A DNA stretch of 64,000 nucleotides from the human T2T-CHM13v2.0 reference genome, Homo sapiens, in the NCBI RefSeq assembly GCF_009914755.1, contig NC_060938.1. One strand, given 5' to 3'. The translations under genes were made by a program, and so were the position numbers. Shown piece after piece: positions 16,141 to 29,700 of the stretch. The notes beneath the pieces are model-generated. The model did not search any database. It saw only the letters and a list, made by a program, of their open reading frames with translations, and was not told the DNA's origin. Numbering within the stretch: position 1 is the first letter of the stretch; every line of letters begins with the position of its first letter.

Positions 16141-16339
16141 ATGTTCTGTTCTGGGAGAAAATGGGTAGCAGAAGCTACAATTTGTACTAAGCTAATGAAA
16201 AGAGAGAAAAGAAGAATGGGGAAGAGAAGGGCAAAGAAGGCAAAAAGAGAAGAGAAGAAAAAGGGAGGAGAGAGAAGGAGAAATGAGAAAAGAGGAAACC
16301 AAATGAAGAGGATGTGTGAGAGAAAAAAATATGAAACAG
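16141..16339 (+). CDS. PPM1A: PPM1A alternative upstream coding first exon (N-terminally extended 455-aa isoform)
   Basis: ATG at 16141 opens 66 codons + 1 nt (MFCSGRKW...KKYET) up to donor CAG|GTAGTG at 16339/16340. The phase-1 join to the acceptor at 52978 reads G+AC=D then LEDQDI-M, in frame with ATG 52998. 73+382=455 aa, matching the long PPM1A isoform as I recall it. Confidence 0.85.
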
Positions 16340-17640
16340 GTAGTGAGGGAGGAAGGAATTGTTGAACCTATGTTCTGGTTGGCTTTCTAACTCTTGAGTA
16401 GTGACTGGCTTCAGTGGAAAAGGATGGTGAGGGGTATTCTCAAATACTAGCCTCCTGAGGGGGTCATTTACATTACTGCATATATTTTGAGAGGCCCAGG
16501 CAAGTCTGCCTCAAGGGTGACTCTCCTGGAGAGTAATTTGGGAGCAGGAATGTAAACCTTTTTTTAAGTCACAATTGTGGTGGAAAGGGAAAGAGAGTAT
16601 TGCTGATCAGATTAAGCTTTAGACTCCACACTACAGCCCCTGTCCTCACCCCAAGCCTCCCAATTACTAGGCTATCAACACACACTAAATTCAGGACTTT
16701 AAAGCCAATCTTGTAGATAATCTTTTTCTTTGTTAATTGAAATATAAACAGATTTCCAAAGCAGAGCAGGATAGTTTTATAATATACCTATAAAAATTAC
16801 TAAAATGTCATCATCATGGCAATATATTCCCACTAAAATCTTACTGTGAACATCCCAAATATGTGTAGAGGCCCGGCAAAGTCTTACAGTTCAGAAGAGA
16901 ACTTTCAATCCTCTTTTTTCAATGTTATTTTCCCCTTCTATCTGTCCCCCCTTCTTAGCATAAGGTTTAATAAAAGGGGATATGATGATATTAAACATAT
17001 TTAATCAGACAATATTGATATCTTTTTAAAATATTAATCTTATAACCCATGAGTTTCCTAGTTCATACCAAAATGTCCCTGCAAGCTGTATTCAGAAATA
17101 AATAGTAGGAAGGTGCTGCTTTATCGGCAGTCTGTACAATGCGTAGACTCCTTAAAAATTTCTTTCTGTTCATATTTTCTATTTCTCTCCCTCTTCTTCT
17201 ACAATTGACCCAGATTCTCCAAGTGCAGAACAGAGAGAAGAAAGGTGTGGAAGCCTAAAGGAAGGAAGCAGAAAGATAGGCAGGCATTTCAAGTTTTCTA
17301 TGGTCCACTACCGTCACTAGTGACCCAGCTTCTGCTTATAAATAAGAAAATTTGTCTTTTAAGAGCACTCTAAATGGTTGCCATATGAGCTTTTGTAGTT
17401 CAGAATGTTAATGAGTCCACCAGCATGCTACTCATGCTGTTACTTGCCTGGAGTATTAAGGATTCCAAGAAGGTAGCGTTTCAAAGATCTCTGATCTAAT
17501 TTCTTTTTTTGGGGGGTCGGGGAGATATGTGGAGAATTAGGAAATGTATCCTCAGATGATACTGAGACCAAATGCATAGTGAATTTTATTTTTATTTTGT
17601 ATATGTGGAAATGATCCACGATCATCTTCTAAGGAATTCT

Positions 17641-17948
<308 letters not shown>

Positions 17949-19324
17949 GTGAAGGAAACAGAACCTTCCCCAAAGTCATGTTGAGAAAATTAGAGATGGC
18001 TTTTTACAACTTTAAAAGCAGCAGCTAAATATTTGCTGAATGCCAGAAAGAATAAATAGGTTGCTTTTGATCTAAGAGTTGGGGCAACAAAATGGTTTAG
18101 GAGATAGAAAGTAGTAGGGTGCAAATTGCTATAGTGAGCTCCTCAAGTAAAATAGAGAGGCCTTCAACATAAATTTACCTTTTTTACTGGCCAGAACTCA
18201 ATTTGGCCAGTAAAAGAACCTGCCTTCTACAATGAAGTCTTTGGTTTGTGTGTGCATCAGAACATCTTTTAAAAATACGGACTTTTCTTCTAACTTCTTT
18301 TCCTGCGAATGTGGTGTAGGTCAAATTCGTGAACTGGTTAAGCCGCTGACAAGAGAGGGAAGGGCACCCCAGCCAATGGGAACCCGTGCTGGTGATGTAC
18401 TGCTCCTAGGCTGCGATTCATTGGCTGCCTAGGGTTTGTCATTCTATCCCCGGCGTCTGCAAGCAGCGTGGGTCGGGTTTTCCAGCTAGCTAAACTGGAT
18501 TTTGGCCGCTGGCACGTGCAGTTTCTATTAACTTTAGCTCATCTCTACCTCTTAATAGAAGCAGCTGTTATGTTTCTGATTATTCTCCTGATTTTGAAAA
18601 ATCCTGTTCCCTTAACCTACCTCATTGGAGGTCGTTGGAGGTCCCCTGGGACAGAACCACGTGATTATCTAACATGTGCAAATAAATACAATGTGGAATC
18701 CCCTGAACTATAGAGGGAAAACCTGCCAGAAACTCAGAGCATGTGCCCCGTGCGTGAATCAGTTGCACTCGCACATTGGTGGGCGGTGGTAGCGTGCTTG
18801 TGTCTCTGCCCTTTGGGTCGCGAGGTGTGTGGCCGTGGCACCTGCTTGGGCTTCCTGGGGTCACTGGGAGAGGAAGGCTCTGGAGGAGTGGGACTCTGGG
18901 GTAGGGGGGTCTGGCAGCTGCCTGGGACCCACCATGGGTTCGAAGGGCAGCGGCCAGACCGCGACGGCGCCCAAGAAGGGTGGACAGCTTCGGGTCTGTG
19001 CTCGGGGCTGCGTGTACACCATCTTCGCAGGGAGTGGGGTTTGTATCTGCAGGCAGGTAGAAGAGCCAGGGCTCCGGGCGCGGACGCCGTAGGGGTAGCT
19101 TCCGAGTCCCTACTTGGCCAAGGGCCGGCACGGAGGGGCTGTCGATCTACTGGGCACCTAATAGCCGCACATTCTGTCCAGTCCCTGGCGCCGGAACGTG
19201 AAGGCCCGGGTCCTGGCTGCTATCCGGGATCCGGACGCTCCCTTCGGCTTCGGCCTGGTGCTCCAGGCCGTAAGGCAAAGGCGGCGGCAGCAGCAGCGGC
19301 AGAGAAAGAAGCTGGGTAAGGCAG

Positions 19325-19332
19325 TGACGTCA
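19325..19332. promoter_or_regulatory. Full palindromic CRE (TGACGTCA), CREB/ATF site
   Basis: Exact consensus inside the CpG island, shortly upstream of the presumed main TSS region. Confidence 0.75.
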
Positions 19333-19344
19333 TCTGTGGCGGCC

Positions 19345-19502
19345 CCTCCCCCGCCCGCCAGCCCTCACCGCAGTTCCTGCCCAACGACATCCGGGTCTCT
19401 GTAGCTGCGCGCCGCGCCGCAGCTGTAGCGGCGGCGGAGCCAGCGGGGCGGGGCGAGCGGAGGGGTGGGGGAGGGGCGACGCGGTCGTGAGCGCGCCTGC
19501 GC
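19345..19502. promoter_or_regulatory. SP/KLF GC boxes and NRF1-like site
   Basis: CCCCGCCC near 19349, GGGGCGGGG near 19445, GCGCCTGCGC at 19493-19502. No TATA box seen. Confidence 0.6.
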
Positions 19503-19509
19503 GGGGCCG

Positions 19510-19970
19510 CGCTAGAGGCGGCGGCGGCGGCGGTGGCGGCGCTAGGGACGGGAGCGCGCGCGGGAGCTAGAGAGCAGTGGTCTCGGCGCTCGTCCGGCCC
19601 GCAGCTTCGGGTCCTCAGGCGGCTGTTGCTCCGGAACGGGTGGTTGGGGAGGGGGGGGTGGGGGGACTCTAGACAGCTGAGGCGCGAAAGCGATGAGTCC
19701 TCGGCTCTTCCTCCTCCTTCTCCGGGACCCGCTCTCTGCCTCCCTCTCCAACGCCCGGATGATCTGAGCCGCGAGGGCGCCGACAGCCGGGGGCCCGGAC
19801 GCAGCCCGGCTCCTCCCCTCCTCCGCCCCTTCCCCAGCCTGACCTGGCCCGCCGCTGCAGCGGTGACCCCTCCCCCGGCTGCCGCCGTCGCCGCCGCGGT
19901 GACCCCCTCCCCGGCTGCCGCCGCCGCCGCCTCGGCCGACCAGGGACCTGCCCGCCTGCGGCTGCTCCGG
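19510..19970 (+). other. PPM1A: PPM1A main non-coding exon 1 (5'UTR); start position approximate
   Basis: Consensus donor CGG|GTAAGT at 19970/19971 in the CpG island. The TSS cannot be fixed from sequence alone. Confidence 0.8.
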
Positions 19971-22900
19971 GTAAGTGCGGCGCTCGGGCCGACGGCGGGC
20001 TGGCGGGCGGTGCGGGCCTGCGCGGCGGCGGCGGCGGGCAGGCCTGGGGCCTGTAAACAAGCCGGGCGTCTGCCCGGGCGCTCCCGGGAGGAGACGCGAC
20101 AACTCCACCCCCTGGCCGGCCTCCTCCCCCGAGCCGGGCGGCGGACGGCGAGGGGTTAACGCTCGGCGAGGGCGGTGGCGGGGAGGCGGGGGCGGGGTGT
20201 TAGTGGCGGTGGCGCGGGGAGGGGGCGCGACCCTCTGGCCGTCCGCGGCCGAGATGGGTGTTTGTGGCGGCGAAGCAGGCGACGGCCGCAGGCCGGCCTG
20301 GCCGGAGAGCGGCCTGCAGAACTTTTCCCGAGCGGGGAGGGGGCGTCCCCGCGCCCCCACCCGCTCGGGCGCGCCGCCCCGGCTGTCCTGGGCTTCAGCC
20401 CCTGGGAGGGAGGCGGGGAGACTTCCTTTGAACCGGGCTTAGCCTCGAAAAACCTAATTCTGTAGAAATTGCTTAAGGTTTTACAGGGGGCAGGGCTGAG
20501 AGACTCCTTCAGAACTCAAGTCAGTGAGTGATGCCTCTAGTTCATTCATTATTAAGGCATCGAACAAATCCATTGAAGTAAATTCCGATTTCTTATCCTT
20601 TTAACTACGTAAATCGGGTAAAACTTCTTGATGTTAGAGCTTGGTTGAGGTATGGTTCTGTTCTGCTTGTAGATTTTAAATAAACTTGGAGCCTTTTCTT
20701 GAAAGACAGCTGGCTGTGGAGAGCCTTCTACCAACTGCAGTTTTAGATACGTTTTGAAAATTTCATCACCTGAGGTATTTTTCTTCTCTCCTGAAACACC
20801 ACATGGTACAAATCCACAAAAGTCATGCTTCAGTTGTCCAAGCCATGGGATCTGTGTGCTAGCCCCACCTCCCCGCAAGTTTCCTGCTCATTGGAATAAT
20901 GAGCTGAATGTGTTTTAAGAAGTGGTTGGAAGAGTATGAGAGATAGGTATCATTTTCTCAAAGGAAATGATTTTGACATTATTGAGAGAAATTAGACATT
21001 TTAACAATTGTTTTGTAAAACAGTCTTTTCAAACTTGCACGTTGGGGTTTTAAACACAACCACTTTACATGTGTTGCGCTCCGAAAAGTGGAGGGATTTG
21101 TTGAAACACTACTCTGCTGAGACTTAGGGTTCCAGAGCACTTGGGAATTTAGCATAGCTTGGTCCCCAACTCTCTTTGAAACACTTTACTTTTATACTTT
21201 TATCTTGCTACATATTGGGCCTTTTCCAAAGATTGTATTTCTGTAACTCCTTATTTTACAAATGAGAAAATTGAAAATAAGGAGATTCTCTATTCTTAGA
21301 TGCTGCTTTTACTGACTTAATGCTTTCTTTACCAATAAATAATTTGAAGCACAAAGTAACATTTCCTAGTGTTATAGTTTTGTTCTTGTTATGTGTAACT
21401 TATATGTATCTGATTAAACTTTCAGTCATGTAAGGATGATTACTTTTAACCTGGAAGTTTACAGCAGTACCACATTATTGAAACTATAATGAACTTCCTG
21501 CACATGGCAGTTGCCTAAGACATTTTAATTTGATATCATAAAACATTTTTAGATCGGTGAAGTAATTATATTATGGGAAAGGTGTATTAAGACTGATAAT
21601 GTTTGAAGTTAACTACCTCAATTATATTTGAGAAATAATAGTCATCAAATTGCTTTTTATTTGGCTTGTATCTTTTTATGTATTTTGTGTACATATTGTA
21701 TCTTTTTACATGAGGGGCTGAGGTATATGACCTGTTGAAGGGAACAGTGCAGTAGGAGACAAGGATTGTTTAGTCATGGCTGTGCTCCAAAATATCTGTG
21801 TCCATGGACAAGTCCTTTAACCTTTTGAGTTTCAGCTTCCAAATCAGTAAAGCCAGTTGGGCAGATTATATTATCACATGTACTGTCCAGTTACTACATT
21901 TAAAAATTTTTTTTTATCAATATTGTGTGTCTAGTCAACATACCGTTGCCAAATAAATGCCTGTTATGTGTCAGGCACTTAGATGTTTCAGTGTTCTAAG
22001 GCTGGATTTCTTTCTCGGTTCTGTTTTATTTAACAAATTCTAAGTTGGTGATGGTTCTTTAGAAAAGCTGTTCTTGTGTTCTTGTAAGCTATTGATTTTT
22101 CTTTTGGGATTGGGATGTGTAGGGAAACTCTTGAGAGGAAGGAGGATGGAGATTTCATGGGAGACAAAGGGTGGTTGAGACTACAGGTTTGAACAAGCAC
22201 AGGACCCTTGGTAGTCTGATGTGAAGGACATTATAAAAACACATTATGAAGGTTTTTTCTGTCACTTCAAGCTGGGTCTTGTTAAACCTTTGAAAATTCT
22301 CTAATACCTCATTTGTTTTTGAAAGAAATCTATAGCAACATCATTTTGTCATGTGGTAAATATTGCTGAGCAGTCACTAAATACCTATAGTCTTTTAGTT
22401 TGTTCAGATTACATCTAGGCCATTTGTTTACTCTAATAGCTAATAGAATGTACAGCTGATTTTGGTTTAACTGTGCGTGCATATTTGTAATTTTTAACCA
22501 AGAAGTGGCATATGTCCACAAGGAACTTGTTATCTCTGAAATACTCACCCATGAGAGCTGGATTAATTTTTTAAGATGTAAATCTATGCTCATGTAGAAA
22601 TAATATAACAAGGTGATATTTTGATGATCCTCTCAAATGATTATCTAACTCTTGCCTGGGCACCTGACTCTGAGTCAGTATACTCTTGAATACTTTCCAT
22701 CCTTAATCAAATCAGGAGAAAGAGATGGCCATGTAAGAAAATTGGCCACGGCAGGGTTTTATAAGAGTTAAGCAAGAAGATAAAACAACACATGGCCCTG
22801 TGAAATATATAAACCTTGGAGAAGAGGAGAAGGTATAGTGAGGCAACTGGGTAAAAGTTGTGTCTTCCTCTAAGTAATTTTATGTCACAATATGTCCTGT

Positions 22901-25384
22901 CTTCCATCTCAAATAACAAATTTTAAAATTAAGTTGTGTTTGTTATTTTGCTATTAGCCAAGATATATAAATTAACTGACCTGGGATTATTAGCCATTTG
23001 TATATGAAATAAACTTGGGTTAACCTATATCAAAATCAAAAGATTGATTATATTCTTTACCCTTCACTCTTTCAAATGTCTTATGTTCTCCATATTACGT
23101 AACAATTTTATACTTCATTCTGAGTCTCCAGAATATATTCTTTGATGATTTTGACCTTTGAATGTCCTGGCTATCCATGTACTACCTAGATAATCTCGTT
23201 ACCAGGCTTTTCTTTTGCTGAGGCAGGTCAGAGCTAGAGAAAGTAAGCAATTGAGAGAGGCAAGTTTCTGTATACCTGTATCTAAAATGTAATAGACTTT
23301 ATAATTTTTGTAAGGAACTGAGGAAAGGTACAGGCTTTTAATGTGTATCAGTAAACTAGACTCTTATACAGTTTTTATAATATTAGAGATGTTTTAAGCT
23401 TCCTTGAGTAAATATGTGATAAAGGGGGGATCTTGAGTTTTTATAATTCTTAATATGTTTATTTGGAATCCATTGACCAAGTGTATGTAGTATCCATATT
23501 TAAGATCTGGATTAAAAGTGATTAGTTTCTGTGGCTGATACGATTTAGAATTAAGATCTTTTGAGACTAAACTACTTCTAGATACAGAAGAACGTCATGA
23601 AAGCCGTACTTTCTTGGCCATTTATTTGTGTTAGGCTTTAATTTTTTGCCATAACCCTCTAAAATATGTGATGTTATCTTCATTTTATAAATAAGGAAAT
23701 ACAGGGTCAGAGAACCTAAATAACGTGCCAGGATCAGATCTGGGTAGATATAAAAGTATTTTTCAAGATATTACTGAGTGGATTTTTCCCAATTAGATGA
23801 ACCTCCTTATTACCAGGAACCAAAATTTCAAAAGCTAAACATTAACACTTACGATTCATAGATTCCTAGAGTTAAGCAAGTCCATGTTAGTTTATGTAAA
23901 GTCTTCCAATGCAAGACTAATGTTTTCTTCTAAAACATTCAGAAAAGATTTAAGAAATTAAGTTCATTTTCTCATTCCCAAAGTTTCAGAAGTTAACAAA
24001 GCTAAACATTTTATGTCTTCAAGTACCATTGTTTAGGTTAAGGAATGGAATCCATGTTAATTCTCAAGTGGTTGATATCCTTAATGAAGGATCTAGGGAA
24101 ATGTTTCTGAACAGATGTAATCAGTAGAGCCACATTGAAGGGCCCCGTGGTGGACATGGTGATAAAACTAACCTTTGAAAGAAAGGACAGTTTGAGTCCC
24201 TGTTCTCCTATTTCGTAGCCAGGTGTTCCTGGGTAAGCTACTTGATTTCTTAAACCTGTTTTTTTTTTATGTCAAGTGGAAATACTTTTGTCGTAAGGTT
24301 ATCTTGAAGATTTAATGAAATAATTATATAAAGCATTTGAGATCTTTTCTACCATGAAGAAAGTGCCAAATAAATGGTAGCTGTTATTATTGAGTATATG
24401 AAATCTTGAGATACTTAGGGGTATAGAGACTTGCTTAGTATGAGAGGGTTGTCTTTCAGTATAGCTTTTGCAGTGTGCCTGGAAGCCAAACTAGAGATTG
24501 AGTAGAGAATTTAGAAGACATTGTAAACTCTGTGAGTTTAGAGAGCTTGCATTTGAATAGACTAAAAGTTATAGAAGAAAGAGAAAGTTGAGTATGAGTA
24601 GCTTTATTTGGCTCTGCAAAGCTGGCAAGATGTCAAGGGTTTGGAGTTAATGATTAGGTGGGAGTAGATGGTTAAATTGCGGATAAAGAGTAACAGTAAT
24701 AAAGCAAAGGTGAATGTTCAGGCTAGAATGATCAGTCAGTAAGGAAGGACAAGGGTTGGTATTTTGAAGAGGAGTTACAGTTTATGGTTAGAAATGAGCA
24801 GGAAGATATCATTGCTACAGGAAAGGATGCAAAAGAGTAAGGAAACTAAATCATTCTGATTAACTCAGTTATTACCATTTTTTAAAAATGGAGTCTTTAT
24901 AAAAGGCGTTAAGGCTTTATATGTGAGTTCTAGGTTAAGTCTGAAAAATTGTCTTGGAATAGTGTGGGTCTTACTACTGCAGACCCAAACCAAGATATTA
25001 GCATTCCAACTGGTCTCTTTCCTGCTAGCATCTTGTACTGCATCTCCTCCCTGATTCTATAAACCATCAAAATTCTTTCTAAACTATGGTTTTTCATTAT
25101 ATCATTTCTCTCAGTATACTTCAGTGACTCCCATTTACCTCTGGAATAAAGTTCAGAATTCTTGGTTTGGCTTTTGACACTTTCCATGATTGGACCTCAA
25201 GACATTAGTCTGTTATAACCAAACTAGTACACTTGCTATCTCTGGAACACGCTCTTTTCTCTCCATGGATCTTTGCTCATGCTAGTGTGCAGTCTGGAAT
25301 TTGTGTCTTTCCTTCTCCAGCTTTGGTTTTCTCTTTTAGCAAAGCTCATTTCTAATATTTCTTCTTCCACAAAGTCATCTCTGA

Positions 25385-25764
<380 letters not shown>

Positions 25765-26432
25765 TATCATATGTTTTACCTTTAGATATTTGTGTCTAAA
25801 TTATAATTGCATTCAGTTAATTCTAAAGGGAAAAATAAATTTTTACTTTACACAAAGGCTAGCGGCTAGCACAGTGCTTTATGGATAGTAGACATTCAGA
25901 TATTTGGTAAGTATTAAGCAAAATCTACCTGGAGTGAAAGTGATTGTTGTAGGAGGAGGTAGTAGAAGTAGTTACAAGCTTTATCGTAGCAGACGTTTCT
26001 GACTCTCTTCCTGAATGTTATTTTTTCTGAACCTGGATATTTAAGTGTGAAGATTATACAAATCTGAAGTGTGGCAGTGTTCTTATATTGATGTAGAAGA
26101 CTAGGTTGACTGATCCTGGACCTACAAGCTTCATTTTAACTTCCTACATTTTGGCTTTGAGGGTTAACAGGACATTTATAATCACATATCTCTTTTCAGA
26201 GTATTTTACATTTGCAAATATTATCATGAACTTTGTGTCCTTTTAACCAGAGAGGAATTGTGGAATCACAGGAATTAGATGATGTGTTAAAGAAGAGAGA
26301 TAACTATCAGCTGATTTAATTTGAACCCAACAAGTATCTAATAATATGCATACTCTGTGTTCAAATAAACCTCTAAGCTAGACTTTCAAGCTTATCAAAA
26401 TGCTAGACTATTTTCAGTGTTTAGAAAATACC

Positions 26433-26750
<318 letters not shown>

Positions 26751-29700
26751 ATACATAGTAAAATTTATTGGCTTTTTAAATGGATAATTTCATATAGTCA
26801 GTCAGTGCCGGCTTAGATCCATTTGTTAGAGAACAATGCTAATGAGACCTCTTGATACTTTGTGTTCCTCTTATGTTTTCCTAGCCTTGACGTTAGCAAC
26901 TAACAATGATAACTAACATTATTGAGCTCTTATGTGCCAGGGACTATTACAATAGATTTTCAATTATTATCTCATTAAATCTTCATAGCAGCCCTATGAG
27001 CTAGATACTGTTACTACCTATATCTTAACAGATGAGGAAATTTGAAACAGAGCAGTTATTTGCCAAGAGTTTCAGAGCTATTAACAGAAGCCTAATACAT
27101 GTTCTTGGACTTTGCAGAAATAATTTGTTGATCCATGCGGTTTCATTGCTACTGCGGAAAGTAAGTCTCTTGGCCATTGTGATGGGTCAAAATCTTTGTA
27201 CATGAAGGGTATGACTGTTGTTCCATTGTATCCAGAGAGTGAATCTTGTGATTGAGTTGGGATTTGAGGTGGCAGTGTATACTAAGTTTGAAAAGTATAT
27301 TATCATATGTTAGCTCCCTTTAGAAATTTTCCCCAAGAAGAGCTATTACATTTTTTAATATTAAAAAAGCATAAGATATGGCCATAATACAATTAGTTCC
27401 ACAAGCCATACACACTTTTTTCTTATGGCTTAAAATTTTATTCATGTTTACTACTTTGCAACCCACTGATATAAATTATTTCACAGATCCTTTATTCAAA
27501 TGAAATTCTCAGTGAGTCTGAGAAGATAGTCTTAAACACAAGCTAGCTGAGTTTACAATAGAGATTATACTATAAATGGTAACTTCAATGTTTATTGAAA
27601 ATAAATTCCTTAAAAACAGGTCTTGTTTCATTCATTTAAAGAGATTATCAATATATGACTGTTAAATTTTTATAGTCTCCCTGTTCATTTTCTGATGAAC
27701 ACATGACAGAAAATTGAATGTGAGCTGGAAATACAGCAGACTATGAGAAAGCATGGGTCATGTATAATCACTTTAAATTTAGGCTGGTGTTTTGTATTCA
27801 TCTATAATATGACCACCTCAGGGAGGGATGTAAGTAAACATTCTTTTTTTAGTTATACTTTAGGTGGCTTAATTATTTTAAAGAATATGTTATTCAAGAA
27901 TTGTCTATTGTACTGTTTTAAAGAATAAGAATATAATTCATTACCAACTTTGAATGTCTTGGATTCTTAGTACTACCTTTTTCTTTATCATGACTAGTAG
28001 GATCACATCATAATTTGGTACTGTGTGTATAAAGATGAAGTGTGCTTACCTTTATTACCAAAATTCAGAAATGAAAATGTGAATGATAAAAGATAAGGGA
28101 TGGCTATATATTTTTTTGTTTTTGTTTTTCCAAACAGAATCTCATAACTTACCAGGCTTTAGAAAAACATCTTTGCAGTATGCCATCATACCTCAGAATG
28201 TTAAGTAGATAGGAAATAAAATTTTCACTTTTTGTAAAGCAGTAGGGTATTATCCTTTCTGACAGCCTGTAAGACTGTTTTGGTTGCCAAGGGGCCAATC
28301 TTAGAAGTGGCAGTTTTTGTTTTGTGACCAACCCACAGCTTACCCTTTGTTAGTCCATATCTGTCATCTTCATTTTCTCTTTCTGCGTAAATGCTTCTTG
28401 ATACAGTAAGCAGGTGTTTCAACTAGTCAGCCATCTAGTGTGATCTTTTCTGGTTTGCTACAGTCAGTAAAATAAGTAGCTCTATAAGTGTAAATAGTAT
28501 TACTTGTTTTATGTAGTAAAACTCCAAGATTAAGTTAGAGATATTTTTGGCTAGACTACATTGAATGCATTGACAATGGATTTCCCAGCTCCCAGAAATT
28601 CGTTTGTGTCTGAATTACTTTATACTTGGCTTATTGTGTAGAGAAAACTTTAGAAAAAGTTCATCCATCCATGAATGTTGAATGAATGAGCAGATTAATA
28701 AATAAATAGCTCAGGGAAAGAAAATGTGTGGGCTTTTAGTCATAACTATGTTTTTTCTCTTTTGTTCCCTTCCTTATGTGCCATTTTTCAATAATGGGAG
28801 TGTGTATCTAATGATGTTGATAAACTTTTTAAAGTCATTGATGAACAGTAATCTGAAAATCAAGTTTTGATTAAGCCGTAGATTTCTTTTAGGGTCCAAT
28901 ATTTTCTTTTTAGAAATCCACTATGATATTTTTGTAGGGATAAAAGACAACCATGTATTCTATAGATGGAAAATGGTAGGATACAGTTTGTTGGCCGGCC
29001 AACTTCTCTGAAAATACTTTTTCCTGCATAGAAGATAATCAGTGTTGACAAGGGAGAAGCCAAGGTATAATGGCTGTTATTCATCTGTCTCATGTATTCG
29101 TCAAGTGTCATGTGTTAAATATGAACAAAAAAGACATAATCTCTTTCCTCCTGGATCTTAAAATCTAAAGTGAGAGATAATTCACCAGATAAATGCTGCG
29201 ATAAGGGAAATAGAGGATTCTATGAGCTTATGACTAAGGATAGATCTGTTTCCTCAGATGTGGAACTAAGAAGTGGCAGTAGTTGAGAAGTTCATTTTGG
29301 GCCATGCGATTTGAGGTGTGGCTATTCAAGTATAGGAGGTAGGTGGTTACACATTTTTTAAGCTATTAAATAGAACTTTCACTTGAAAAGGTTTTTTTCT
29401 CTCTTTCCTCAGCATCTATCTCCCTACATACACAAAAAAATTGCATGTCACAATTCATGAACTCAGTGAGTGACTCTATTTTGAAAAATGTTAGATTATA
29501 TCAACTGAAGTCTGTTAGAGGCAAATGCTTTTGGTCATTTTTTTCAGCAGGGACATTTCATATGTGTAAAATATTTAGAATCCCCATGTATTTATATATA
29601 AATGAATCTTTTACCATCTTAAATGTTTAATAAGTTATATTTTTCCTTTCTTTCAACTTAAGTATACAAGGTTATCAGCAAACATTTGTAGATGCTCTAT

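Larger units (their letters stand above)
18740..20440. promoter_or_regulatory. PPM1A: CpG island promoter of PPM1A
   Basis: Sharp rise in GC and CpG density against AT-rich flanks. Contains GC boxes, a CRE, GGC repeats and a first-exon donor. Edges approximate. Confidence 0.93.

Noticed and set aside
18622-20465. Long overlapping ORFs on both strands (169, 192, 208, 272, 155 aa)
   Set aside because: Expected from stop-codon scarcity in a CpG island. Low-complexity R/G/P/A content, no recognisable domain. The 19533 frame hits ACC-TAG at once after splicing.
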